NCBI GenBank assembly: GCA_963667035.1
Contig: OY762964.1
Coordinates: forward strand, 2,400,001 to 2,464,000
DNA: 64,000 nt
Source: Candidatus Cloacimonadales bacterium
GTDB lineage: Bacteria; Cloacimonadota; Cloacimonadia; Cloacimonadales; JAFGVF01
Direction: 5' to 3'
The notes beneath the pieces are model-generated. The model was not told the DNA's origin, did no database searches, and saw only the letters and a list, made by a program, of their open reading frames with translations. Each line of letters begins with the position of its first letter. The stretch's first letter is position 1. Positions 20,308-30,433 of this stretch are shown here, in pieces. The translations under genes and the position numbers were made by a program.

Positions 20308-20811
20308 TTAGTTTATTTGCTTAACCAGTATCAATAGGCTATCCTCACTGTTTGCCAAGCCGATGTTATCTTCTGAGTTCCGCCAAGAAACCAATTGTGA
20401 GGGATTAATTTCAGTGACCACTACCTCAGCATTTGCAGGATTACTAAATTCAGTAGCATAACCATGTGAAGCAGATGTAGGGCGAGTCCCTATGAAAACA
20501 CCTGAAAAGAGAAGCAACATCGCAACCGCAACCTGATAAACAGGTATCGGATGTAATGCAAGCTCTCTAACACTATTTATCAGTGTAGGTTTATCCATCT
20601 CTCTCATAGTTGCTAGAGAAACAGCCAACATACTATCATTTCTGTCATTAGTGGTCTCTTTGATACTATTCTTTGTAATTTCTATCATGCGTGCTACAGA
20701 TTTGCATTTATCACATTTTTCCAGATGTTTCAAAATACTTTTATTGTTTTTACTTACACCTGTATAAAGCCTTTCTCTTACTTCTTTACATTTCACTCTT
20801 TCCTCCTGCAT
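20308..20811 (-). CDS. Putative membrane anti-sigma factor (zinc-binding ZAS type)
   Basis: C...HLEKCDKC (HxxxCxxC), a single TM helix, and overlap with the ECF sigma gene. Confidence 0.75.
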   Translation of the reverse strand: MQEERVKCKEVRERLYTGVSKNNKSILKHLEKCDKCKSVARMIEITKNSIKETTNDRNDSMLAVSLATMREMDKPTLINSVRELALHPIPVYQVAVAMLLLFSGVFIGTRPTSASHGYATEFSNPANAEVVVTEINPSQLVSWRNSEDNIGLANSEDSLLILVKQIN

Positions 20812-21349
20812 TTACTATCTTCCGGGAAAGTTTATTCATTAATCTACTCAATCTTGACTTTACCGTTCCAATAGGTTGATTCTGTATCAATGCAATCTCT
20901 TTGAGTTTTAACTCCTCTCCGAAACGTAAGTAAAACAGCTCTCTATCTTCCTGACAAAGAAGGCTGATCTGCTGCTTAATAATCCTGCTTTCATCACTAG
21001 TATTATAAGGCCTAACTATCAATTCCGGAGCAGTTCTTTGATATTTATCTTTTAACTTTGAGTAGTTCCCTACTCTTCTGATTTCATTCTTTACCAGATT
21101 TCTGGCAATGGTAAATGACCATACCCTGAAACTTCGGGTATGGTCAAAACTTGATGCTCTAGTCACAATCTTCAAACAAAGTTCCTGTAATAGATCATTT
21201 GCAATCTCACTATTGCCAAACATACTACTCTTTAGGAATTTATACCATCTGTCTGAATAACGATTATAGAGAATAACAAATGCTTCTTCATTTAAACGGG
21301 CAACTTTCTTCATTAACCGTTCGTCAGTCTGAGATTTCAAGTTAAACAC
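20786..21349 (-). CDS. ECF RNA polymerase sigma factor (sigma-70 group 4)
   Basis: TDERLM, AFVILYNRY, DLLQE, FRVWSFTIARN, LKEIA...GTVKSRLSR; GTG start. Confidence 0.92.
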   Translation of the reverse strand: MFNLKSQTDERLMKKVARLNEEAFVILYNRYSDRWYKFLKSSMFGNSEIANDLLQELCLKIVTRASSFDHTRSFRVWSFTIARNLVKNEIRRVGNYSKLKDKYQRTAPELIVRPYNTSDESRIIKQQISLLCQEDRELFYLRFGEELKLKEIALIQNQPIGTVKSRLSRLMNKLSRKIVNAGGKSEM

Positions 21350-21351
21350 TG

Positions 21352-22467
21352 CTATTTCTTACTTCTTTTGTGTATATAATCCACTATTTGCTTGTTACCT
21401 GAACGCTCTGCTAGTGCTATTGCAAGTTGCATCCATTCATCGGCTTTATAATTATCCTTCATCAATCTATAGTGCTCACTTAATATTATAATTGCAGGAA
21501 TATAGTTTACATTTATACCCTTGCTGACAGTAGATGCAGAGACATGGTCTTCATTATACCAGTCGTTATATAAATAGTCCATACGATATTGATGTTCCAG
21601 ATTGTGCTTCAAAATGGCAATATTATCTATTCTATCTTCGTTATACAAACTTACTATGCCAACATTATACAAATGAGAGCTAATATCCTTTAGACCATTC
21701 TCATCAACTGATGAAGCAATGTATATATCCCTTTCACTTAGTTCATTGTTCAGATAACTAATCAGATCACTAACCTTCCTGTACTCTTTAAGTTCCGGTA
21801 TTCCAAGTCTTCTCATCCAATTGTTCCTGTAATTATCATCGTAACAAAGTGAAACATTAATAACAGAGACATCTGTCCTTATTCCTTTTGCTTCTTGAAG
21901 TACCCAAGCAGGGAAAGTATCATTATCTCCGTTTGTTAAGAGAATGCCATTTTCACTAATTGAAACTAACATATTGTAGTTATAGTTCAAAAGTGACCTG
22001 AATATGTCTTTTGAATGATACAGATTCATACATGAATTATGAAACTTCTTATTATCTCCCATCTTTGCATACATAGCGATTACGTCATATAAGAGTTCTG
22101 GATTGTCAGGTTTAAGCGTGTGAGCTTTCCATAAATATTCGGCATCTTCAACACTATTCTTATGCTCGTATCTTGCGTAATAATACTCAAATGTGTTAGG
22201 GATATGCTTCTCCATATCATTAATGATATCTTGGAGAGAATCAACTTTAGTAGAAGGAGAGTACTTCAAGGCATAACGAACCGCTTTAAAGTAGTTTATC
22301 CATGCTTCTTTATTGTTTGGGTTTCTTTTAGTCTCATTCTTCCATTCTTTGGCTTGTTGTTCATACCATTTAGTATCGTATTGTACTTTTGTTAGAGGTG
22401 GAATTGGTTCAGCTGCGGATAATATACTCACAATTATCAAAGTAATCATTACAAAAATATTTCTCAT
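21352..22467 (-). CDS. Exported helical-repeat protein carrying the NGDNDTFP motif of the DUF2723/TMEM260 extracytoplasmic region
   Basis: Signal peptide; TPR-like helices; GILLTNGDNDTFPAWVLQEAKGIRTDVSVINVSL. Confidence 0.6.
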   Translation of the reverse strand: MRNIFVMITLIIVSILSAAEPIPPLTKVQYDTKWYEQQAKEWKNETKRNPNNKEAWINYFKAVRYALKYSPSTKVDSLQDIINDMEKHIPNTFEYYYARYEHKNSVEDAEYLWKAHTLKPDNPELLYDVIAMYAKMGDNKKFHNSCMNLYHSKDIFRSLLNYNYNMLVSISENGILLTNGDNDTFPAWVLQEAKGIRTDVSVINVSLCYDDNYRNNWMRRLGIPELKEYRKVSDLISYLNNELSERDIYIASSVDENGLKDISSHLYNVGIVSLYNEDRIDNIAILKHNLEHQYRMDYLYNDWYNEDHVSASTVSKGINVNYIPAIIILSEHYRLMKDNYKADEWMQLAIALAERSGNKQIVDYIHKRSKK

Positions 22468-22510
22468 TGTTTCTCCATATTTTGTTAATATGAAAGTACC
22501 TTCATAATTA

Positions 22511-22540
22511 CATACACTCGAAAGACATTAAGGGTTGCAT
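22511..22540 (-). promoter_or_regulatory. Candidate ECF-sigma promoter (autoregulatory)
   Basis: Minus strand reads TGCAAC-N16-GTGTAT about 45 bp upstream of the operon that contains the ECF sigma gene. Confidence 0.5.
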
Positions 22541-22552
22541 CTTTTTAATAAT

Positions 22553-22582
22553 AAAAAAGGCTGTTGATATTGTCAACAGCCT
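22553..22582 (-). terminator. Intrinsic terminator
   Basis: Minus strand: AGGCTGTTGA-CAATA-TCAACAGCCT-TTTTT. Confidence 0.88.
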
Positions 22583-22623
22583 AACTCCTGCAAATGCAGG
22601 AAATTACTTTATTGCTAAATGAA

Positions 22624-25600
22624 TTACTTCATTAACATCATTTTCTTAGTTTGAGTATAATCACCTGATGTCATTTTGTAGAAATAGACACCACTTGCTA
22701 CATTCTTACCTGCATCATCCTGACCTTTCCAGACAACAGTATGTCTACCAGCATTGAAGTTTTTCTCTATAAGTCGAGTAACTTTCTGTCCTTTGATATT
22801 ATAGATGTCAATTGCTACATCTGAATTACTCTTAACATCAAAGCTTATGTTAGTTTCGGGATTGAAAGGATTTGGATAGTTTCCACGGAGAGCAGTTACT
22901 TCCGGAATAACAACTTGGTCATTCGCATCTACGGTAGCACCGTTGTTAACAACCATAATATCGTCGAACATTGCAAAGAATGTTTGTTCTGAAACAGTAT
23001 GAATAGCAACTCTGATTATATCACCGACATAATCATCCAACTGATATGAATATAGAGTCCATTCGCTTGGTAACTGAATAGGTTCGTCTCCGGAAATAAC
23101 TGTAAAGTCATCCGGATCAGTACTACCGTTAGAAACTGCAACTTCAACTAACTCAGAACCGAACTGAGTAGTATATGAACGTGCCATAAATTGTAAGTTG
23201 GCATCTTCTTCACTCAATTGGATTTGAGGAGTTATTAACCAGTCATCATTAGCATTGGAATCAGCTGCAAAGCAAGCTGCATATTTATCACCTGTAAAGG
23301 CGTTTGCTCCTTGAATAGGAGGTGTTGAACTTGCAGGATTGAATACTATGTATGCCATAGGATCATTCTCACCCGGGAAGTCAATTCCATTATTAAAACC
23401 AAATGTATCTTCACCATCATTATCAAGGTTTACCCAAAGACCCATATCAGTTGTAAAATCTTCATATTCTTCAAAGCCTTCAGCAATGATAGGAGCATCA
23501 ACTTGAATGTGTGTTACAACTATAGAATCGCAAGGTACTGATTCACCTGTAGGAGCATTGTAGAGAGCTGTGACTTTATATTCATAAGTAGTTCCTACTA
23601 CAACGTCGGTATCAAGATAGAATGTTCCACTTACTGTTTCAGCATTAACAACAACATCATCTCTATAGATATTGTAACCAACAAGAGCTCTGGAATCAAG
23701 TACAGGAGCTAACCAAATAAGCTCGATACCTTGATAAGTAATACTATGGGAAAGCTCTGTAGGAGGTAAGAGAACTCCTGGACCAACATGGTTATCTGTT
23801 GAAAGCCATAATGCATAATCTCCTCTTCCATCTCGTACATTTGCTGTTCTTTCTGTTGCAGGAGAATTATCGGCTCTTGCTACTCTCAGATAATAGAAAC
23901 CTGAAGCCTCTGATGGAATGTCATAAGTAAACTGAGGATTTACTCCATCAGTGTAATCATTATCACTAAAGATTATTGAAGAAGTCTCGTCTATATTAGC
24001 TCCTAAATCATCATATGGTCCGTAAAGGAACGCTGCTAAATCAACATCCGAGTTAAAGATGTTCTGAGTGTGCATTTCGATTTGAGCAGGAGCTGTCTGC
24101 CAGAATACATACCAGTCCACATCTGTATCCGGATGGATAATTGCTTCCAGACCTTCGACATCATCACTAAATAAAGAAAACTCTGTTGCATGATTTGATG
24201 TGTCATTATTGTCTGCAACAAATCCATAACCATGAATTGGGATCTCATAAATATTTCTTTCTTCCTCAGTAGCATTATCCTCAATTGTCAAAACTACATT
24301 CTTATGTCCTACTGACGTTGGATTAAACTGAATACTAATAGCTGCAACACCTGTTGAAGGGATTGTAAGAGGATATGTGTTCTCATCTGTTAATGTATAT
24401 TGATCAACATCATCACCTGAAAGAGTTGGAGCATTAGCAACAATGAGATCTTCAGTAGTAAAGTTTCTCATATTCAACTCAAACAAATCAGAGTTTTCAT
24501 CAACAGACACAACATCAAACTCTATATTGCCAGGGAGATACAAGCCACTTCCTCCGTCAGAAAGATCTGATACTGACCGAGCAAACACAACTGCCATGTT
24601 CTCTTCAAATTCACCACCAACACCGTCTTTTCTGTATTGAATACCAACTGTACCGTCAGCATTCTCAATACCTATAACTGCGTCACCGAGAATTGAATCT
24701 GAACCCGTATCACCATTAGGATTAACATAGTTTCTGTACTGAATCTTAATCTTTCCTGTAGGATACAGTATAAGCTGAGCATCAATATATTCGGATTCAT
24801 CATTATAATCATTCCACATTTCCACAGTATAGACAAAGTTGCCCATCTCATCATTCCCATAGTAACAATTAGAAGGAACTGCAGTTGTATGTAAGTCCAT
24901 TGCCATCATTGCTATAACATTATTAGGGTTTCCTGAATCAGGAATACTCATTGATCCACCGGTTGTTGATGTTGTAGCACCAAAGTTTACATAACCATTT
25001 GTAACAAGATTCACTTGATCGTAATCAACTCCGAAATAGTTGAATGTAAACCCTAAGTCTACAGTAGTGTTACCGTCATCTGCAGATGAATAGGTGACAG
25101 TCTGGCTGTTCTCAGAGATGTCTACCCATTGAAACACAGGTTGAGCACCTAATCCTGCACCAAGATCTGTACTGTTTGCATAGTAATATCCATCAAATAA
25201 AGTTCCATTACCACCAAAGTTTGGATTTGAAACAACAGTAAATGACCAAACAGGACAATCTGTTGCATCACCAACAAAGTTATATGGTACAACCTGCCAA
25301 TAATAAGTTGTTTCATATATTAAAGCAGTTGTAACATCATAAGTTGTAATATTACCTAAATCTTCTGCGTTAAGAATATCAGTTGGAGGGTTATCTGTTC
25401 CAAGACTAAGTTTATAACCTTCAGGATAGTTGCCTCCATCAGTCCAAGATAGGGTAGGAGTAACACTTACTCCTGTAATACCGTCAGTCGGTTCATCTAT
25501 TAATGCAGGATTAGGTACTTCTCCAAATGTAGTAAATGACCAAACAGGGCAATCTGTTGCATCACCAATAACATTGTAAGGTATAACCTGCCAGTAATAA

Positions 25601-27921
25601 GTCACATTACTATCTAAACCAGAGTAATCTATAGAAAGTGAACTACCTACATCTTGATTGCTATAAATGTTTGTTGGAGGATTATCTGTTCCGAATGAAA
25701 CATAATAACCTGTAGCTCCCTGAGACAAAGCCCAAGTTAATGAACCGCTAAAAAGAACACCTGTCGCTTCATCTAATGGAGCAAGACAAGTTGTAGCAGC
25801 CGGAGGAACAGAGTTATCATAGATTGCCAGATCATCAATACAGATGTCGCCATAGAAACTTGTTGATTCCATTGCTCTGAAGTCAAATGAAACTGTTTGA
25901 TTAAGATAACCCATAAGAGGAAGTTCAAGATATGTCCAATCGGAAGCTCCGTCAGAATCAGTGATTACAGCAAAACTATGAATTTGATCATCTGATGTGA
26001 TAACATCAATGCAAAGCTCTGATTCATTATCAGTATCTCCTATCCAGTATTTAAAAGCAAATATTGGATTAACTAAACCGTTCAGATTAACCGGCGGAGT
26101 ATAGAGATGAGCTGGTACCGTTTCAGGAGTGGAGTCATCAACTCCCATATAATAACCACCATTCCCGGTAGCATCAAAGTCTGCACCATGGTCATTCAAT
26201 TCAGTTTGATAATGCTCCCAACTGTCTCCTGAAACAACCGGATCAATAGTCCAAGTTATAGGAAGAGTGTCTTCATCAAATGATTGTGTATAAGGGAATG
26301 AAGCAATTACATTATCATATCCATTCCCGGTAAGCTCTATCTGATAAGTATTACTTTGACTGTCTGTAATTATTATTGTGCTGTTAAGGTCTCCTTCTTC
26401 ATGAGGATTAAAAACAACATCAAGTGTTGTTCTTTCAGCTAAACCAAGTACTAATGGATAGCTATTTTCATCAAAAAGGCTAAAATTAGTATTGTCATCA
26501 TCTACTACTGATTGAATAGTAATTGGAGAACCACCAATACTTTGCAATGTTACAGTTAATGTATCTGACCTTTCTCCTAGATAAACAATACCAAAATCAT
26601 AGTTATGAGGTGTATAAGTGATTTCCGGTCCACCTGTTATATCACCGAATCCAAGTTTAGTATTTGGGATATATGATCTCAATGTACCGCTGGCTGGTGT
26701 AGCAGGATCGGGATTGTTTGAATCACTTCTTACATATATACTTCTGTCCTCAGAAACAGCTGTAACATAGAATTCATCGTTACTTGTTGCAAACTCAGGT
26801 TCATTCTCTTCAACTGCGATAACCAAGTTATCTACATTATTGTAGATAAAGGGAGTGTTTAAGGTAAATTCAATCCAACCATCATCTTGTATAGTAGGCA
26901 GAGGTCCGCTATAAACTTCTGTAAACTGCGTTATAGGCAACCATGATGTATTTGCTTCATATGAAGTCTCACTTGTGTGAGCCATATAAATAACCCACTC
27001 ATTGTTGTTAGGCAAATCGGAGTTCTGATTATAATGATATGAAACAGTTTCAATTCTCCGACCTTCAACGTTGATTTCAGATTGTAAATAGATAGACTGA
27101 GAATAAGAATAACCAAAATAAGGATCAATTGGAAGAGCTTGGTTAACCTCAGAGCCATTTCCTATTAATACGATATCTTCTCCTAAATTAGTTACGAAAT
27201 TCATATCATTGATGCTAACTTCGGTACTGATGGAGTTACGACATACGACACGCCAAAAATAGGTTGTGTTAACAAGTAAATCTTCGCTAGGAGTATAAGA
27301 AGCACTAACTCCAGCTATTTCATTAAAAACCACTTGGTTAACAGGAGGATTAACAACATCCAGATAGACGTCATAAGTTTCTGTGTTTGTACCAAAATCC
27401 CATGATAAAGTAGGCATCAATGCAACTTGAATTTCACCTATTGTAGGATTTACATTTGTAACTTGAGATGGGGCATTTTCATCTATGATGTTACCTGTTT
27501 GATCTGCTGAGACATTAAGAGTATAAGTTGTACCATTAGTTGTATCTCTATACTCATCAATACAAATATACACTGTGTCACCGGCACTCATATTAATTAT
27601 AACTCGAGATTCACTTGTACCTGCAGGTCCATCATCGTTACTTGCAACTAAAGTTGAATCCGGAGAATAAACATATAAGTAACCATCCCATCCGTTATAG
27701 ACAGAATTAATTGTTAAATTTGTCAACTCCTGAGTGGTTGATATCATCCACCATTCATCGTTACCTCTCAAATTGTTATAATTAGTGTCATTAGATACAT
27801 CTCCTGTATCCGTGAATGGTAACACTTCAATTTGAGGAGCATCAAAGGGGGTATCAGTTCCATCTGCGAAGAGACTCATAGCGATAAATAAAGCTATAAG
27901 AATCAATATCATTTTTCTCAT
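22624..27921 (-). CDS. Giant secreted adhesin-like protein (PPC-like, Fn3-like repeats, choice-of-anchor D/J or cleaved-adhesin domains, T9SS-type CTD)
   Basis: AAGGAG RBS then MRKMILIL signal; repeats YYWQVxPYNxxGDATDCPVWSFT; NDDWLITPQI; GNYPNPFNPET...SGVYFYKM...KMMLMK; very acidic. Confidence 0.85.
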   Translation of the reverse strand: MRKMILILIALFIAMSLFADGTDTPFDAPQIEVLPFTDTGDVSNDTNYNNLRGNDEWWMISTTQELTNLTINSVYNGWDGYLYVYSPDSTLVASNDDGPAGTSESRVIINMSAGDTVYICIDEYRDTTNGTTYTLNVSADQTGNIIDENAPSQVTNVNPTIGEIQVALMPTLSWDFGTNTETYDVYLDVVNPPVNQVVFNEIAGVSASYTPSEDLLVNTTYFWRVVCRNSISTEVSINDMNFVTNLGEDIVLIGNGSEVNQALPIDPYFGYSYSQSIYLQSEINVEGRRIETVSYHYNQNSDLPNNNEWVIYMAHTSETSYEANTSWLPITQFTEVYSGPLPTIQDDGWIEFTLNTPFIYNNVDNLVIAVEENEPEFATSNDEFYVTAVSEDRSIYVRSDSNNPDPATPASGTLRSYIPNTKLGFGDITGGPEITYTPHNYDFGIVYLGERSDTLTVTLQSIGGSPITIQSVVDDDNTNFSLFDENSYPLVLGLAERTTLDVVFNPHEEGDLNSTIIITDSQSNTYQIELTGNGYDNVIASFPYTQSFDEDTLPITWTIDPVVSGDSWEHYQTELNDHGADFDATGNGGYYMGVDDSTPETVPAHLYTPPVNLNGLVNPIFAFKYWIGDTDNESELCIDVITSDDQIHSFAVITDSDGASDWTYLELPLMGYLNQTVSFDFRAMESTSFYGDICIDDLAIYDNSVPPAATTCLAPLDEATGVLFSGSLTWALSQGATGYYVSFGTDNPPTNIYSNQDVGSSLSIDYSGLDSNVTYYWQVIPYNVIGDATDCPVWSFTTFGEVPNPALIDEPTDGITGVSVTPTLSWTDGGNYPEGYKLSLGTDNPPTDILNAEDLGNITTYDVTTALIYETTYYWQVVPYNFVGDATDCPVWSFTVVSNPNFGGNGTLFDGYYYANSTDLGAGLGAQPVFQWVDISENSQTVTYSSADDGNTTVDLGFTFNYFGVDYDQVNLVTNGYVNFGATTSTTGGSMSIPDSGNPNNVIAMMAMDLHTTAVPSNCYYGNDEMGNFVYTVEMWNDYNDESEYIDAQLILYPTGKIKIQYRNYVNPNGDTGSDSILGDAVIGIENADGTVGIQYRKDGVGGEFEENMAVVFARSVSDLSDGGSGLYLPGNIEFDVVSVDENSDLFELNMRNFTTEDLIVANAPTLSGDDVDQYTLTDENTYPLTIPSTGVAAISIQFNPTSVGHKNVVLTIEDNATEEERNIYEIPIHGYGFVADNNDTSNHATEFSLFSDDVEGLEAIIHPDTDVDWYVFWQTAPAQIEMHTQNIFNSDVDLAAFLYGPYDDLGANIDETSSIIFSDNDYTDGVNPQFTYDIPSEASGFYYLRVARADNSPATERTANVRDGRGDYALWLSTDNHVGPGVLLPPTELSHSITYQGIELIWLAPVLDSRALVGYNIYRDDVVVNAETVSGTFYLDTDVVVGTTYEYKVTALYNAPTGESVPCDSIVVTHIQVDAPIIAEGFEEYEDFTTDMGLWVNLDNDGEDTFGFNNGIDFPGENDPMAYIVFNPASSTPPIQGANAFTGDKYAACFAADSNANDDWLITPQIQLSEEDANLQFMARSYTTQFGSELVEVAVSNGSTDPDDFTVISGDEPIQLPSEWTLYSYQLDDYVGDIIRVAIHTVSEQTFFAMFDDIMVVNNGATVDANDQVVIPEVTALRGNYPNPFNPETNISFDVKSNSDVAIDIYNIKGQKVTRLIEKNFNAGRHTVVWKGQDDAGKNVASGVYFYKMTSGDYTQTKKMMLMK

Positions 27922-28506
27922 AATGATCTCCTTGTATGTATGTATGTAAAATTTTGAAAGCTTGATCATAGAAATTAAGACTGTAAATCGCATTCACTAT
28001 ATATTTTTTAAGAGGATAATACTAATGCATTATCCTCTTATTATGTACTACAATCTCTCTGTGGGGAAGCTTAACAAATTGGGTGCATAAATTGTTTACT
28101 ATGAGTAAACATAGTTTACAAACAAGACCTCAATCTCAAGCGGATCTCCCTAACTATCATCAATTCGATCTACCAAAATCAAACTGCACCTATTTTAATA
28201 TACAATAATCATTCCAAATCGCAGACTCAATTACTGTTTCTGAATAATTGTAATTAGCCACTTACGTTAACTACTATGATTTATAAAATGTTAGCTATTA
28301 CTATAATTTACTCTTGATTGTCTATTAAATACGGTTAAATCATAAATCGTGTAGTTCATTTCATATTGTTCTATAGCTATGTACATAGAAGTCGAATAGT
28401 TTTAAAAGCTCTTTCAAGGCTACATATAAGTGCTAATTACATAATATCTTGACAAATAATCAGATAACCTTAAGGTTAGTATAACAAAACTTACGGAGGC
28501 CTTTCT

Positions 28507-30024
28507 ATGTTTAAGAACTATTTTATCATTGTTTTGTTAACACTTGCCCTTGCAGTTAATGCTATTGAAGAATTGCAATTAATAGGGACTATTAACTACC
28601 CAGTTACCGAATCACAAGAAGCATCATTTGCCGAATGGCGATTAATTAAGGGAGTTTATCCTGCTTCCGATATCAATAATGACGGATATTCGGATTTTGT
28701 ATATCCGTTAATTGATGGATATTCTTATGAGTTGGGTATCTGGTACGGAGGACAGACAATTAATCCCAATCCCGACTTAACTCTTCAAGTACAACAAAAC
28801 ATACCAATCAACACCGATATTGGCTATTCCAGTGATCTGAATAATGACGGATATGTCGATTTAATTAGGAACACAGCCTTACCGTTACATTCTTCGGTTT
28901 CATTGTACCATGGACCGTTCTTTGATGATTTGACTATCGACCATACTCATTCTTTCTCAGCGTCGGAAAGATACGATTTATATCAACCCGGAGATATTAA
29001 TGGGGATGGGGTTGACGACCTGATAGCTTATTATGATTATACTTATGATAGCTTGGGACATGTTTGGATTATGTTTGGAAATAGCTCTGAGAATTATACA
29101 ACAGACATGGATATTTATGGCTTTATTGATTATGAAGACTACCACAATTGTTACCATGTCGGCAAAAATGTTTTTTCCGGAGATGTTAATGGAGATGGTG
29201 TAAACGACTTGTTTTACTCCAAACTCACTAATAACATTACTGAGTATAAACTTCTTCCGGGAGGAAACACCCTTGGTTCCGTAACCCTAGATTTTGATTC
29301 ATCTATTTGGCAGTGTTCTGCGAATGGTGATTTCAACGGAGATGGCTGTAACGATGTTATAGCAATCGATATGGTTGGAGATTTAAGAATATATTACGGA
29401 GCTTCAGACTTTAGCTTCACAAGCGATTCAATCAGATTGAATAGTAACGAAACAAGGTCGCAAAACATCAGAGCTTTTTATTCCGACATTAATACTGATG
29501 GTCTAGATGACATATTGATTCTTGATACTCATAATCGTAATATAGAAATCTATCTAGGTGGAGCTCAACTGAACTCTACTCCTGATTATATTATACCAAC
29601 AGTCGAGAACTCAGAGTACTTTACATCAATAGGTATAAATGCCGGAGACATGAATGGAGACGGTTTTAACGATGTATTAGTTAACCGTGGTGGAGATAAT
29701 ACGACTCTTTATCTTTATTCGCTTATTCCAGTATCTAATGATGATCAAGTAGCCGTTAATAAACAAAGCATATCAAGTTATCCCAATCCGTTTAGACAAT
29801 CAACAACTATAGAAGCTAAAGGGATGCGTGGAAACCTGACTGATGTTATAATCTATAACATTAGAGGGGAAGTCGTAAGAAGTATTAAATCCAATGGCTC
29901 TGAAAAGATAGACTGGGATGGTAAGAACAATCATGAGGTTGAATTACCTTCAGGAATATACTTCTACAAAGCTATCTCAAAAGGAGATAAGTCATCCTTT
30001 AAGAAAATGTTGAAGCTTAAATAG
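28507..30024 (+). CDS. FG-GAP/VCBS repeat protein with T9SS-type CTD
   Basis: Seven (G)DxNxDGxxD repeats; signal peptide; SYPNPFRQST...SGIYFYK...KMLKLK. Confidence 0.88.
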   Translation: MFKNYFIIVLLTLALAVNAIEELQLIGTINYPVTESQEASFAEWRLIKGVYPASDINNDGYSDFVYPLIDGYSYELGIWYGGQTINPNPDLTLQVQQNIPINTDIGYSSDLNNDGYVDLIRNTALPLHSSVSLYHGPFFDDLTIDHTHSFSASERYDLYQPGDINGDGVDDLIAYYDYTYDSLGHVWIMFGNSSENYTTDMDIYGFIDYEDYHNCYHVGKNVFSGDVNGDGVNDLFYSKLTNNITEYKLLPGGNTLGSVTLDFDSSIWQCSANGDFNGDGCNDVIAIDMVGDLRIYYGASDFSFTSDSIRLNSNETRSQNIRAFYSDINTDGLDDILILDTHNRNIEIYLGGAQLNSTPDYIIPTVENSEYFTSIGINAGDMNGDGFNDVLVNRGGDNTTLYLYSLIPVSNDDQVAVNKQSISSYPNPFRQSTTIEAKGMRGNLTDVIIYNIRGEVVRSIKSNGSEKIDWDGKNNHEVELPSGIYFYKAISKGDKSSFKKMLKLK

Positions 30025-30050
30025 TATTGTATTTAAAAAAAACTATATTC

Positions 30051-30075
30051 AACCCCACTTCATTAGTGGGGTTTT
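30051..30075 (+). terminator. Intrinsic terminator
   Basis: AACCCCACT-TCATT-AGTGGGGTT-TT. Confidence 0.8.
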
Positions 30076-30433
30076 CTATTCCAAATAAATAAACCAAGTA
30101 ACAAAGCCAACACCTAATATTAATCTATCACATACCAAATCAAGCCCCATATCCGCAATACCTCATCAGGGATTAATTAGGCAACCTAAACACTTGTAGC
30201 CAAGTATGTTATAGATATAGCTTAACTCATCAAACGGAGGATATCGTGAAAAAGACTGTATGTATTTGGGTTATTCTATTCGATATCAACATTCTGGATG
30301 GACTTGACTAACAAAGTTCCTCTGTTACAATACATAATTCAGAGATCCCGGCATGTGGAAACAAAGGAATAAATTATTCATCAGGTACATTAAAAGAAGT
30401 GCTTTGATTCATAGGAATAGACATACCAATCGT

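Noticed and set aside
25230..25700. Near-identical nucleotide repeats inside the giant adhesin gene as a DGR template/variable pair
   Set aside because: They are tandem in-frame Fn3-like domain duplications; differences are not adenine-specific and no reverse transcriptase is present.
30080..30235. Possible further 11-bp array
   Set aside because: Only a vague C/A-rich phase with no fixed core that can be supported by eye.
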